Of a stretch of 52,315 nt of DNA, positions 17,193 through 25,474 are shown in pieces. The notes beneath the pieces were generated by a model. It saw only the letters and a list, made by a program, of their open reading frames with translations. It was not told where the DNA came from and ran no database searches. The position numbers and the translations under genes were made by a program. This DNA is from an uncultured Mycoplasmatota bacterium (GTDB lineage Bacteria; Bacillota_I; Bacilli_A; RF39; UBA660). Where the stretch lies: the NCBI GenBank assembly GCA_947574255.1, contig CANPJT010000003.1:1-52315 (forward strand), written 5' to 3'. Positions within the stretch are counted from its first letter, which is position 1; each line of letters starts with the position of its first letter.

Positions 17193-17742
17193 TAAATTCT
17201 TGTATAGCATTTGAAATAGTAAAAATTTCATTTTCCGGATTTGATTTGTTTTGCTTTTTAAAAGTAACAGCATAATCCTGTGAAAGGTTAATATCAAACT
17301 TTTCATGATATGTTTTATTCGAAGAAGTATAACTAATTTCAAATATAAAATTTTTTGGTTCAACATCATTAGTGTTAATTGGAAAAAGGTAACGTTGATG
17401 TGGAACGAGAGTAATATTAGAAAAATAATTTAATAGATCTAAATCGATAGCAGTGTATTTGAATAAAGATTTTAATTGTTCCTTGTTATAAATCATATTT
17501 GTAATTGTTCCTGCAGAAGAGCCAAAGTTTTCAATAACTAAGTATTCTGTAGCACTATTAATATCAATGGAATCTTTATAACAAACAATATATGGTCGAG
17601 TAGATTCTTCGATCATTTGATTATTTTGTTTAAGAGTAGCAATAGCAATAACTATAGATGAAATAGCTGTTCCTGCAGTTATAATCATTGTTGCTAATGC
17701 AATCCAATCAGATGAACTTAAATTTTGTATAAAAGAAAACAT
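17179..17742 (-). CDS. N-terminally membrane-anchored protein on the opposite strand to the early genes (moron; exclusion/defence candidate)
   Basis: 187 aa with TM segment WIALATMIITAGTAISSIVIAIATL. No recognisable motif. Confidence 0.55.
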   Translation of the reverse strand: MFSFIQNLSSSDWIALATMIITAGTAISSIVIAIATLKQNNQMIEESTRPYIVCYKDSIDINSATEYLVIENFGSSAGTITNMIYNKEQLKSLFKYTAIDLDLLNYFSNITLVPHQRYLFPINTNDVEPKNFIFEISYTSSNKTYHEKFDINLSQDYAVTFKKQNKSNPENEIFTISNAIQEFIRRK

Positions 17743-17862
17743 TAAAACACCTCACTTTCTTAAATATCTATTATAAAAGAAAAAAGAGGTAAAACAAATA
17801 AAAAATAGTAGCTGTAACTACTATAAATATAAAACATGTTAGCACAGAAAGGAAGAAACATT

Positions 17863-18087
17863 ATGCAATATTATAATGCTCAAGATGTTATGGAAATAAC
17901 AGGAGCAAAAGAAAATAAAGCATATGAAATAATACGTAACTTAAATCAAAAGTATAAAAAAAAATATCCTGATTGCGAACTTTTACAAGGAAAAGTAGCC
18001 AAGTGGTGGTTTTTAGAAGCAATGGGATTAAAAGAAGAAAATAAAAAAATGACTGATATGTCTGGTACACAAATCAGTCAAAAATGA
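17863..18087 (+). CDS. Small HTH DNA-binding protein, excisionase/regulator-like
   Basis: MQYYNAQDVMEITGAKENKAYEIIRNL..LQGKVAKWWFLEAMGL resembles ICE/phage Xis-type winged HTH proteins. ATG 17863 follows agaaaggaag. Confidence 0.5.
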   Translation: MQYYNAQDVMEITGAKENKAYEIIRNLNQKYKKKYPDCELLQGKVAKWWFLEAMGLKEENKKMTDMSGTQISQK

Positions 18088-18160
18088 ATTTAATTAACAA
18101 AAATTCAACGAGATAATAACATGTTTTGTTGAATTTGTCAAAAGTGGGGAGGAAAAGTAT

Positions 18161-18286
18161 ATGGGTTTAGTCATTATCATAATAGCATTGATTATAAGTT
18201 TATTGATATTTATTGCAGTGACGCTTGTAGATATTAAGTTATTGCTTAATCAAATTTACGATATCAGAAATACCAAATCCAAATAA
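18161..18286 (+). CDS. 41-aa hydrophobic peptide with strong RBS (type I toxin-like or holin-like small membrane peptide)
   Basis: Manual ORF: ggggagg-N8-ATG, MGLVIIIIALIISLLIFIAVTLVDIKLLLNQIYDIRNTKSK. Its 3' 48 nt overlap the convergent gene 18239..18532. Confidence 0.4.
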   Translation: MGLVIIIIALIISLLIFIAVTLVDIKLLLNQIYDIRNTKSK

Positions 18287-18532
18287 TTTACAAATTACAC
18301 AAATAAGAAATACTGCCATAATGTTGATTAACCAGAATTTTAATTGATACTTCAATTTAGCATTGTAATCAGTTTCAATTTTGATTTTTTTAGAATTTGG
18401 CTTTAAGATACCAAGTTTCTTTAATTCATGATCTTTTTCAATCTTATCTTCAATAAAACATGCTGCAATAAGACCAAATATAAAAATAAAAAAGAAACTT
18501 ATAATTATTAAAAAAATAAAAGTATCTTTATC
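18239..18532 (-). CDS. Small two-TM membrane protein, hypothetical
   Basis: ATG 18532 follows gaggtga; the track start at 18544 lies inside the RBS. Hydrophobic segments sit at both ends. Confidence 0.55.
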   Translation of the reverse strand, partial: DKDTFIFLIIISFFFIFIFGLIAACFIEDKIEKDHELKKLGILKPNSKKIKIETDYNAKLKYQLKFWLINIMAVFLICVICKLFGFGISDIVNLIKQ

Positions 18533-18614
18533 CATAAGATTCACCTCAAAAATATTTTAATAAATAAAAATTTAAATATCAAGTTAAAAAAAATAAACAA
18601 GAGAGGAGCAAAAA

Positions 18615-18866
18615 ATGAATGACATAGATAGGTTTTCTTTCTTCAAAAGTTATTTAGAAGGTATAGAAAAACTTAAAAATGAAGAAGACAAAAAAGAAAT
18701 GACATGGTCGATTGTACAATATGTTTATTACAATAAAAAGCCTGTCTGGTCTAAAAGAGAGAGAGAAAAAAAAGAGCTTATTTGGACTTTGGTAGAACCT
18801 AATTTAAGAACAAGTATAAACAGAGCCAATAGTTCGAAAAAGAAAAAAGAAGAAAATCAAAATTAA
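18615..18866 (+). CDS. Replisome-organizer N-terminal-like protein (DUF6291-like), hypothetical
   Basis: FSFFKSYLEGIEKL..EMTWSIVQYVY pattern. It lies immediately upstream of the iterons and the DnaD-domain ORF. Confidence 0.35.
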   Translation: MNDIDRFSFFKSYLEGIEKLKNEEDKKEMTWSIVQYVYYNKKPVWSKREREKKELIWTLVEPNLRTSINRANSSKKKKEENQN

Positions 18867-18971
18867 ATCAAATAAAAATCAAAATATAATCAAAATCAAA
18901 TCAATGATTTCAAATTGATTGTCATTCCTAAGGAAAAGGATAAGGAATAGGAGTATGGATAAGGAATAGGA
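18855..18971. repeat. Iteron cluster (candidate phage replication origin)
   Basis: Five or more AATCAAA units at 18855-18900. Inverted AATCAAT/ATTGATT at about 18899-18920. Tandem GGATAAGGAATAGGA at 18938-18952 and 18957-18971. Confidence 0.55.
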
Positions 18972-19015
18972 ACGGATACGCTTTAAATAAGTATAACTAA
19001 ATTATATAGAAGGAG

Positions 19016-19408
19016 TTGAAAATTACGGAAGCAGGATTGCGTAGCGTTAACTTAAACAAATTTATTACTTACGTAGAAACAAACTATAGAACAAATTTAA
19101 ATTCAATGGATTATGAAATTTTAAAAGAAATAGCAAAAGAATATCCAGCACAAGAAATTAAGCTAGCTCTTGATTATTGCAAAGGTAAAAAAACAAATTC
19201 GTTGATTTATTTACAAGATGCATTAAACAAAAAATATTATCAAAACGAACAAGTCGGAATAGTTCCAAGTTGGATAGATGAAGAGCTAAAAGCTGAACCA
19301 CTTGATGAAGAAGACAAAGAATGGTGTAGGAAATTTTACAAAAAATATTGTGATAACGAAGAAGAGTATCACAAACGCTTAAAAGATAACGGATTGGAGG
19401 AATATTAA
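19016..19408 (+). CDS. DnaD-domain replication protein (replisome-organizer C-terminal part)
   Basis: MDYEILKEIAKEYPAQEIKLALDYCKGKKTNSLIYLQDALNKKY matches the DnaD-like domain pattern. The start is uncertain: TTG 19016 abuts aggag with no spacer. Confidence 0.5.
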   Translation: MKITEAGLRSVNLNKFITYVETNYRTNLNSMDYEILKEIAKEYPAQEIKLALDYCKGKKTNSLIYLQDALNKKYYQNEQVGIVPSWIDEELKAEPLDEEDKEWCRKFYKKYCDNEEEYHKRLKDNGLEEY

Positions 19409-19418
19409 ACATCAACAA

Positions 19419-19628
19419 ATGAAAAAACTTTTTAATGAACAAACAGATTTTATAAGAAAGTTCCATTCTGTTAGTTGCGTGTGCGGGCATCGCCTTTATA
19501 TTTCACCAAAGCAAAAAATTAGAATTTGTGAATATTGTGGTCGCACTCACTTGAACAAAAGAGAACAATTTAAAATCAAATTCAAAGAATATTTGAAAAT
19601 AAATTATGGAATTATTATCGAGGGTTAG
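19419..19628 (+). CDS. Small zinc-ribbon protein
   Basis: CVCGH..N15..CEYCGR cysteine pairs. Confidence 0.5.
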   Translation: MKKLFNEQTDFIRKFHSVSCVCGHRLYISPKQKIRICEYCGRTHLNKREQFKIKFKEYLKINYGIIIEG

Positions 19629-19664
19629 TTTGATTAGAAAGGGAATAGGAAAGAGGAGAAAAAA

Positions 19665-19835
19665 ATGGAAATATATTTAATAACAATACTTGCATTAGTA
19701 AGTTTAGCGATAATTTATTACATAAACAAAATTGAAGGAGAACTACAAGGACTAAAAGAAAGATATAACATGCTTGTTGAATTTAATAAAAAACTTACAA
19801 AAAAAGTAAAAGGAAATTCAAATGAAACTATTTAA
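19665..19835 (+). CDS. 56-aa protein with N-terminal TM segment, hypothetical
   Basis: Manual ORF after aagaggag: MEIYLITILALVSLAIIYYINK... Confidence 0.4.
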   Translation: MEIYLITILALVSLAIIYYINKIEGELQGLKERYNMLVEFNKKLTKKVKGNSNETI

Positions 19836-20067
19836 GCATAAGAAAAAAAATAATTTCAACAAAGAGGTTTTAGAATCCTTAGGCGATATATCAACTAAGA
19901 TTGATGGTTTAGAAAAAGAAAGTTTAAAAATGTATCAATTCTTTTTAGAAACATGCACAGATAATACGCAAAAATTGAAAAGTTATAAAGAAGAAAATCG
20001 ACTATTAAAAAAACAAGTAAGGGAGTTGGAAAATGACAGACGAAGCAGCATTAAGAGCAAGAAATAA
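19822..20067 (+). CDS. Coiled-coil protein, hypothetical
   Basis: 81-aa ORF in the early operon. Confidence 0.45.
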   Translation: MKLFKHKKKNNFNKEVLESLGDISTKIDGLEKESLKMYQFFLETCTDNTQKLKSYKEENRLLKKQVRELENDRRSSIKSKK

Positions 20068-20302
20068 TATGCTTGAAAGTGATAATAGATTGTTAGAAGA
20101 TCAAATAAAAATATTAAAAAATGATTTGAAAGTAATTACAAAAGAACGAGATGACTTAAAACAAGATATTGCAGATATAGAAGAACATATCGAGTTCAAA
20201 AGATGTGATTCTTGTAAGCATTTAACTCCAGAGACAATTATGAGTTATGTAGGAAATGAAGAAGTTTGTGAAAATTGCAGAGTAAATGGATATGGGAGGT
20301 AG
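20033..20302 (+). CDS. Coiled-coil protein with C-terminal CxxC..CxxC zinc ribbon
   Basis: CDSCKH..CENCR, with RBS ggagttgg. Confidence 0.5.
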   Translation: MTDEAALRARNNMLESDNRLLEDQIKILKNDLKVITKERDDLKQDIADIEEHIEFKRCDSCKHLTPETIMSYVGNEEVCENCRVNGYGR

Positions 20303-20304
20303 AA

Positions 20305-20991
20305 ATGGAAGAAAAAGAAAAACAAAAGAATATTCCTGATACTTTAAATAAAAAAATCTTAGAATTAAAAAAATTAGTAGCAATAATGCAAAAAGACAGT
20401 GAAGGGCATGGTTATGATTATGTCAGCGAAGAAAAAATACTTTTAGCATTAAATGATAAAATGATAGAATTTGGTTTGAAATTAACACCTAAATTCGTAC
20501 CTAATACTTTGTTTAGCGAGATTGTGAAATATGAAAATTCAAAAGGACAAGAAAAAACTGATGTATTAGTTAGAAGTGAAATGCAATTTGTTTGGGAAGA
20601 TACATTTACTGGAGAAAAAGAAATAATTGATTGGGCATTAGTAGGACAACAAGCAGATGGAAGTCAAGCATTAGGAAGTGGACTAACATATTCTAATAGA
20701 TATTTTTTACTAAAGTATTTTAATATAGCAACTTCAAAAGATGATCCAGATAAAATTAGAAGTGATATTGCCAAAGAAGAAGAAAGAAAAAAACTTAGTG
20801 CAACACAAACTAAAATAAAAAAGACATTAGAAAAACTAATCAAAAAATATCAAACGCAAGAAAAAATTTACAATGCACTAAACACAACAGAAAAGCAATT
20901 TAGAGAAGATTATAACAACAAAGATAAATGGCAAGACTTATTAGAGCAAATGGAATTAGTTTTAAAGGAAGAAAAAGATGCTATCGAATAA
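20305..20991 (+). CDS. ERF-family single-strand annealing protein
   Basis: GHGYDYVSEEKIL..VGQQADGSQALGSGLTYSNRYFLLKYFNI pattern. ATG 20305 follows gggagg. Confidence 0.7.
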   Translation: MEEKEKQKNIPDTLNKKILELKKLVAIMQKDSEGHGYDYVSEEKILLALNDKMIEFGLKLTPKFVPNTLFSEIVKYENSKGQEKTDVLVRSEMQFVWEDTFTGEKEIIDWALVGQQADGSQALGSGLTYSNRYFLLKYFNIATSKDDPDKIRSDIAKEEERKKLSATQTKIKKTLEKLIKKYQTQEKIYNALNTTEKQFREDYNNKDKWQDLLEQMELVLKEEKDAIE

Positions 20992-21640
20992 AGAAAAAGA
21001 AGAACGTAGACATCAAATTGGAGCATCTGAAATTCATAAACTATTAAATTTTGATTCACAAGAAGCACAAGACTTATGGGAAATAAAAATAGGTATACAA
21101 AGAATGCCAGAGTTAGAAAATGATGCTATTACTGCTGGGAATATACTAGAGGAAAAATGTTTGAATTATTATGCTAAAACTAACAATAAAGATTTAATCT
21201 TAAATGAAAGAATACCAAATAAAAGAGTTGTAGGATTAGTAGTGAGTTTAGATGCAAGAGAAGAACAAACATCTATACCAGTTGAGAATAAAGTAATTAA
21301 TGAAAATACTTTTGAAAAATGGAAATCTAAACGTGTATGCAATGCTATATGGCAAGATATTAAATTAAATATTCCTAAAAGTTACTATTGCCAAGTACAA
21401 ATTCAAATTGCAACTTTAAATGCTGAATATGGAATTTTAAATGTTAATACTTTAACAGATGAAGAACAAGAAGATCCAATCAATGTTGAAATAACTTTTT
21501 TACATAATAAACAGATAAAAATAGAACCTGATAATTACTTAATAAACGATTTAGAAAATAGAGCTAAATATATGTTTGAATGTATGAAATTTAAAAAAAG
21601 ACCAAGTGAAAAAGAATACTTAGAAAAATATGTTTTTTGA
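20978..21640 (+). CDS. YqaJ-type viral recombinase exonuclease (PD-(D/E)xK)
   Basis: N-terminal IGASEIHKLLN motif, and it is adjacent to the annealing protein. Confidence 0.65.
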   Translation: MLSNKEKEERRHQIGASEIHKLLNFDSQEAQDLWEIKIGIQRMPELENDAITAGNILEEKCLNYYAKTNNKDLILNERIPNKRVVGLVVSLDAREEQTSIPVENKVINENTFEKWKSKRVCNAIWQDIKLNIPKSYYCQVQIQIATLNAEYGILNVNTLTDEEQEDPINVEITFLHNKQIKIEPDNYLINDLENRAKYMFECMKFKKRPSEKEYLEKYVF

Positions 21641-21661
21641 AAATAGAAAAGAGGTAGAACG

Positions 21662-22072
21662 ATGAACGGAAAAATTTGGAATAAGTTAAGTGGAATACCT
21701 AGCTTATATCAAAATAATGAAGAAGAAATAAAAAAATTACTATTAGGACGTACTATCGAAAAAGTAGATGATAATACTTTAAAATTAGATAATGGATTAG
21801 TTTTAGAAATTCAACCAAATCAAGGATGCTGTTGTGGAGCTGGAGATTACAATATTACAGAATTAAATGAATGTTTGAATGTAATTACTAATGTAGAATT
21901 AGTGGATGTTGTTAATGAAAGTGATGGGTGGAGTGTTGCACACTCTTATAAAATTTTTGTATATGCTGAAAATACCAAAATCAAATTACTACAAGTAGAT
22001 GGTGATGATGGAAATGGCTATTATGGGACTGGTTATGAAATAGTAATAAAGCATATAGAGGTAGAAGAATGA
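21662..22072 (+). CDS. Hypothetical phage protein (GCCCGAG and GNGYYGTGY motifs)
   Basis: 136-aa ORF with a good RBS. Confidence 0.5.
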   Translation: MNGKIWNKLSGIPSLYQNNEEEIKKLLLGRTIEKVDDNTLKLDNGLVLEIQPNQGCCCGAGDYNITELNECLNVITNVELVDVVNESDGWSVAHSYKIFVYAENTKIKLLQVDGDDGNGYYGTGYEIVIKHIEVEE

Positions 22073-22233
22073 AATATTTTTATTTTGTATTAGCATTGTT
22101 TTGTCTTATAGGAGCAATAGTTTTATTTTTATTTAGTGAGGAACAAGAAATGGTAAGATTTTTAATATTATTAGGTTGGATATTTAGTTTAAAATCTGAA
22201 ATTGAAGAATTAAAGAAGGTAGACAATGGATAA
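22069..22233 (+). CDS. 54-aa two-TM peptide, hypothetical
   Basis: Manual ORF MKYFYFVLALFCLIGAIVLFLF..FLILLGWIFSL. Its ATG overlaps the upstream stop codon. Confidence 0.4.
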   Translation: MKYFYFVLALFCLIGAIVLFLFSEEQEMVRFLILLGWIFSLKSEIEELKKVDNG

Positions 22234-22882
22234 AGAAGAATTGTTTATTAATAATCCAAATAGCAAAGATTATATTTTAAAAGTATTATTAAGAGATATA
22301 AAAACACTTGATGAAAAATTGACCAAATATTTAGTAAATAATTTTTATCAATATGAAGAATGTAGATATCAAGATGTTATTAATGAAGTAGAAAACATAA
22401 ATGATATTACAAATTATATTATTGAACATGAAAAAAATGAGATAGAAGATTATAAAAATTATTTTAAAGGAAATACAGAAAAATATATCATAAGCAAAAA
22501 TGATCAATTTAATGCTTGGAAATCATTATTAGAAATTAAAGAGATTTTAAATACTAAAATATCTTCTAGTGATATATCAATTTCATTTCATAAAGGTTTT
22601 GATTTTGGTTTTGGAAATTCAAATTTTACATACTTAAGAGTAAGTTATGTGGAAAATAAAGAGCATTGTCATCAACATATTCAAATCATGTCAATATCTA
22701 CACATGCAGGAAAAAGGTTCAGTATCTATAAAAATGAAGATTATTATAAACTAGCAAATTTAAATTTAGAAAATTACAGATTAGGAATAGATAGAAGTAT
22801 CGACATTGAAACTAAAGACGAATTGATAGAAAAAGTTATTGAGTTGATAGATGGACTATTGAAGGGAACAAATGACATATAA
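22226..22882 (+). CDS. Hypothetical phage protein
   Basis: 218-aa ORF with no recognised motif. Confidence 0.5.
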   Translation: MDKEELFINNPNSKDYILKVLLRDIKTLDEKLTKYLVNNFYQYEECRYQDVINEVENINDITNYIIEHEKNEIEDYKNYFKGNTEKYIISKNDQFNAWKSLLEIKEILNTKISSSDISISFHKGFDFGFGNSNFTYLRVSYVENKEHCHQHIQIMSISTHAGKRFSIYKNEDYYKLANLNLENYRLGIDRSIDIETKDELIEKVIELIDGLLKGTNDI

Positions 22883-23333
22883 AGGAACAAAAGAACAAAT
22901 ACAACAATTTATATTCAAACTAGAAAAAGATGTTGAATATGACATAAAAGTGGACAAGCATAGAAATAAAAGAAGCCTTGACGCAAATTCTTATTCTTGG
23001 GTGCTCCAAAATGAAATAAGTAACTTATTACGTGAATCCAAAGAAAAAGTACATTTTGAAATGCTTAAGTCATACGGACAGCGAGATTATGTTAGTTTGT
23101 TAGCTAATATAAATCCAACACCTTATTTCTTGTATTTTGAAGAACAAGGCACGTTTAAGCATGGAAATAATACTTTCAAAAGTTATTTAGTATATAAGCC
23201 AACAAGATTTTATGATAGTAAAGAAATGAGTATTTTTATAGATGGAGTAGTACAAGAAGCTAGAAATCTTGGAATACAAACTAAAGAGGATTTAGAAATA
23301 GAATCGATGATAAAAGAAATGGAGGAAAAATAA
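22872..23333 (+). CDS. NinB/Orf-like recombination mediator
   Basis: KRSLDANSYSWVL parallels lambda NinB RSLDQNRKLWACL. Confidence 0.45.
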   Translation: MTYKGTKEQIQQFIFKLEKDVEYDIKVDKHRNKRSLDANSYSWVLQNEISNLLRESKEKVHFEMLKSYGQRDYVSLLANINPTPYFLYFEEQGTFKHGNNTFKSYLVYKPTRFYDSKEMSIFIDGVVQEARNLGIQTKEDLEIESMIKEMEEK

Positions 23334-23471
23334 CCTCGATAAAAAATAAATGATCTTTGAAAATTTATAATAAAAAGCTAAGAATAAAACTTATCTTGTA
23401 TACAATCGTAAACATTATTGTCCACTATTAGAAACACTTATGTTATACTTTTATTATATAGGAGGGTTATC

Positions 23472-23912
23472 ATGGAAGAGAAAAACCGAAATGAATATTT
23501 TATAAATAACTTAGTATTCAATTTAAATCAAATAATACACACAGATGGTTCATTAGATGATTTTAAAAAATTTATAGCTGATATTACTTTTTCAAAAAAT
23601 GAAAAGAATAGCTTATATGCTAAATGTGTTGATGAATTAAAAAAAATAAGTGATTTAGAAAATATAATGTATTTAAAGAAAGCAAGAGAAACATGTAACT
23701 ATTTTTTAGAAATAGCAACAGGAAAAAGAAATAATCCGATAAAAAAACATACAGAAAATAGAAAAAAGAAATATAAGCAATTAAATTTAGATATGCCGAG
23801 AGATTTAATGATAAGGTTTGAAAAATGTTTAGATAAAAATGATCATAAAAAAAAGCCAGTTATAAAAAAGGCAATAGAAGATTATTTAAAAGAAAATGAA
23901 AAAGACTCTTGA
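23472..23912 (+). CDS. Protein with C-terminal ribbon-helix-helix (Arc/Mnt/CopG-like) domain
   Basis: KQLNLDMPRDLMIRFEKCLDKNDHKKKPVIKKAIEDYLKE. ATG 23472 follows aggaggg. The track start at 23418 lies upstream of the RBS. Confidence 0.6.
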   Translation: MEEKNRNEYFINNLVFNLNQIIHTDGSLDDFKKFIADITFSKNEKNSLYAKCVDELKKISDLENIMYLKKARETCNYFLEIATGKRNNPIKKHTENRKKKYKQLNLDMPRDLMIRFEKCLDKNDHKKKPVIKKAIEDYLKENEKDS

Positions 23913-23937
23913 CAATACAAAGACCTAGGTCTATACT
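23909..23937 (+). promoter_or_regulatory. Consensus-like promoter (TTGACA-N17-TATACT) with a 12-bp perfect palindrome in the spacer
   Basis: ttgaca at 23909-23914, tatact at 23932-23937 and AGACCTAGGTCT at 23921-23932. Confidence 0.7.
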
Positions 23938-23943
23938 TTATTG

Positions 23944-24090
23944 TAGAGAGGTGATAAAAAATAAAAGTAAGCACAAAAAAAGATAAGTAGCTATATTCTT
24001 GGCAGAATCTACTTATCTCAAATGTTGAACTCACTTAAATAAGTTCTTTTATATAGTATCAAAAGAATCCTTATTTTTCAAGTGAGTTTT
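23944..24090 (+). ncRNA. Structured leader or small RNA downstream of the palindrome-bearing promoter
   Basis: Hairpin 1 is gataagtag (23982-23990) with ctacttatc (24009-24017). Hairpin 2 is an imperfect stem of about 23 bp (24028..24088, aactcactt/aagtgagtt at the base) followed by tt. No ORF fits in the 214-bp gap. Confidence 0.4.
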
Positions 24091-24126
24091 AGCCAAAAAT
24101 TTATTTGAGAAAGAGGATTTTTTATT

Positions 24127-24294
24127 ATGGATTTTTATAATGATGCAATAAAAGAGGCAAAAAAACAAAATGTTGAATTGAATGAGGAATGTAAAGAGAT
24201 GTTATTATCGATTTCAGTTACTATTCAAAATATGAATTTAAAAGAAAAAAGAGACTTTTTAAAACAACTTATAAATAAATGGGAATTAGATTAG
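24127..24294 (+). CDS. 55-aa hypothetical protein
   Basis: Manual ORF after agaggatttttatt: MDFYNDAIKEAKKQNVELNEECKEM... Confidence 0.4.
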   Translation: MDFYNDAIKEAKKQNVELNEECKEMLLSISVTIQNMNLKEKRDFLKQLINKWELD

Positions 24295-24338
24295 GTTTTA
24301 GTTGATAGAAAGGGAGTAGAAAGAGGCGATTATAGAAA

Positions 24339-25091
24339 ATGGAGAATAAATTAGAAAACATAAATTTAAAAAATAAAAATGGTGTAGTAGTTGTATCAAG
24401 TAGAGAGGTAGCAGAAAACTTTGGTAAGAGACATGATCATGTTTTAAGAGACATTAGAAATAAAATAGAGGTCAACCCAATTTTGGGGACACCCCAATAT
24501 TTTATAGAGAATAAAATAACTAATTCGCAAAATAATCAAGAATACACAGAATATTTGATGACTAGAGATGGTTTTAGCTTCTTAGTTATGGGATTTACAG
24601 GGAAAAAAGCTGATGAGTTTAAATTAAAATATATTGAAGCATTTAATAAAATGGAAGAGCATATTAACAATAGACCAAATGCTTTACCAACTAATTTTAA
24701 AGAAGCATTGCAACAATTATTAGTTGAAGTTGAAGAAAAAGAACAATTACAAGTTGAAATAAAACAACTAGAACCTAAAGCGCAATTTGCAGATGCTATA
24801 GCAACTAATGAAAAATCAATAGACGTAGGTAGTATGGCGAAAATTCTTTTTCAAAACGGGATTGATGTAGGCAGAAATAGATTGTTTTCTATATTAAGAG
24901 AAAATGGATTTTTAATGTCATCAGGAGATGATACTGTACCTACTCAAAAAAGCATGAATTTAGGAATAATGGAAACCAAATTAGGTACTTATAATGTAAA
25001 TGGAGAAAGTAAAACTTATTTAAAACCAATGATAACTACCAAGGGACAAGTTTATTTTGTTGGTAAATTCATGAAGGGCGAATTAGTATAA
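24339..25091 (+). CDS. Phage antirepressor: Rha-family N-terminal domain plus KilAC C-terminal domain
   Basis: VSSREVAENFGKRHDHVLRDIRN (Rha) and PKAQFADAIATNEKSIDVGSMAKIL..GRNRLFSILRENGFL (KilAC). Confidence 0.8.
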   Translation: MENKLENINLKNKNGVVVVSSREVAENFGKRHDHVLRDIRNKIEVNPILGTPQYFIENKITNSQNNQEYTEYLMTRDGFSFLVMGFTGKKADEFKLKYIEAFNKMEEHINNRPNALPTNFKEALQQLLVEVEEKEQLQVEIKQLEPKAQFADAIATNEKSIDVGSMAKILFQNGIDVGRNRLFSILRENGFLMSSGDDTVPTQKSMNLGIMETKLGTYNVNGESKTYLKPMITTKGQVYFVGKFMKGELV

Positions 25092-25098
25092 AATATTT

Positions 25099-25326
25099 AT
25101 GGAAGATTTAAATAAAAGAATAACAATAGGTTTTATAGGACTCATAATTGTAGTGCTAACCTTTCATATAACAATAAAAATATATATACCTGAAAAGAGA
25201 TATCAATATTTAACATTTAATAATCAATGTGGAATAAGTAGCAATTGTTACTTCCAAGAAGATAGAGTATTAGTTTGTGAAGTAGAAAATAGTCTAGTGA
25301 AAGTGAGACAGTTTTATGCTAACTAA
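25099..25326 (+). CDS. Small membrane protein, hypothetical
   Basis: TM segment ITIGFIGLIIVVLTFHITI. Confidence 0.45.
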   Translation: MEDLNKRITIGFIGLIIVVLTFHITIKIYIPEKRYQYLTFNNQCGISSNCYFQEDRVLVCEVENSLVKVRQFYAN

Positions 25327-25474
25327 AGCAACTGACGATACAATAGTAGCTTTAACAGAGATATTAATAAAAGAACATATAGAAGGTAACAAAGAAAAGT
25401 TTATTTTAACCAAAGAGGATTTAGCAAGATTTTGTATAAAGGTAGTAAAGGAAATGCAGAAGGTTTATGAATGA
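25316..25474 (+). CDS. 52-aa hypothetical protein
   Basis: Manual ORF overlapping both neighbouring genes by a few nt. Confidence 0.35.
   Translation: MLTKATDDTIVALTEILIKEHIEGNKEKFILTKEDLARFCIKVVKEMQKVYE

Noticed and set aside
17169-17369. Minus-strand ORFs 17169..17369, 17888..18070 and 19158..19490.
   Set aside because: Each is an alternative-frame or antisense overlap of a better-supported gene. Their composition is typical of AT-rich noise.
18855-18971. Possible CRISPR array, because of short repeats.
   Set aside because: The repeat units are 7-15 bp, with no regular repeat-spacer periodicity and no cas genes. The pattern fits replication iterons instead.
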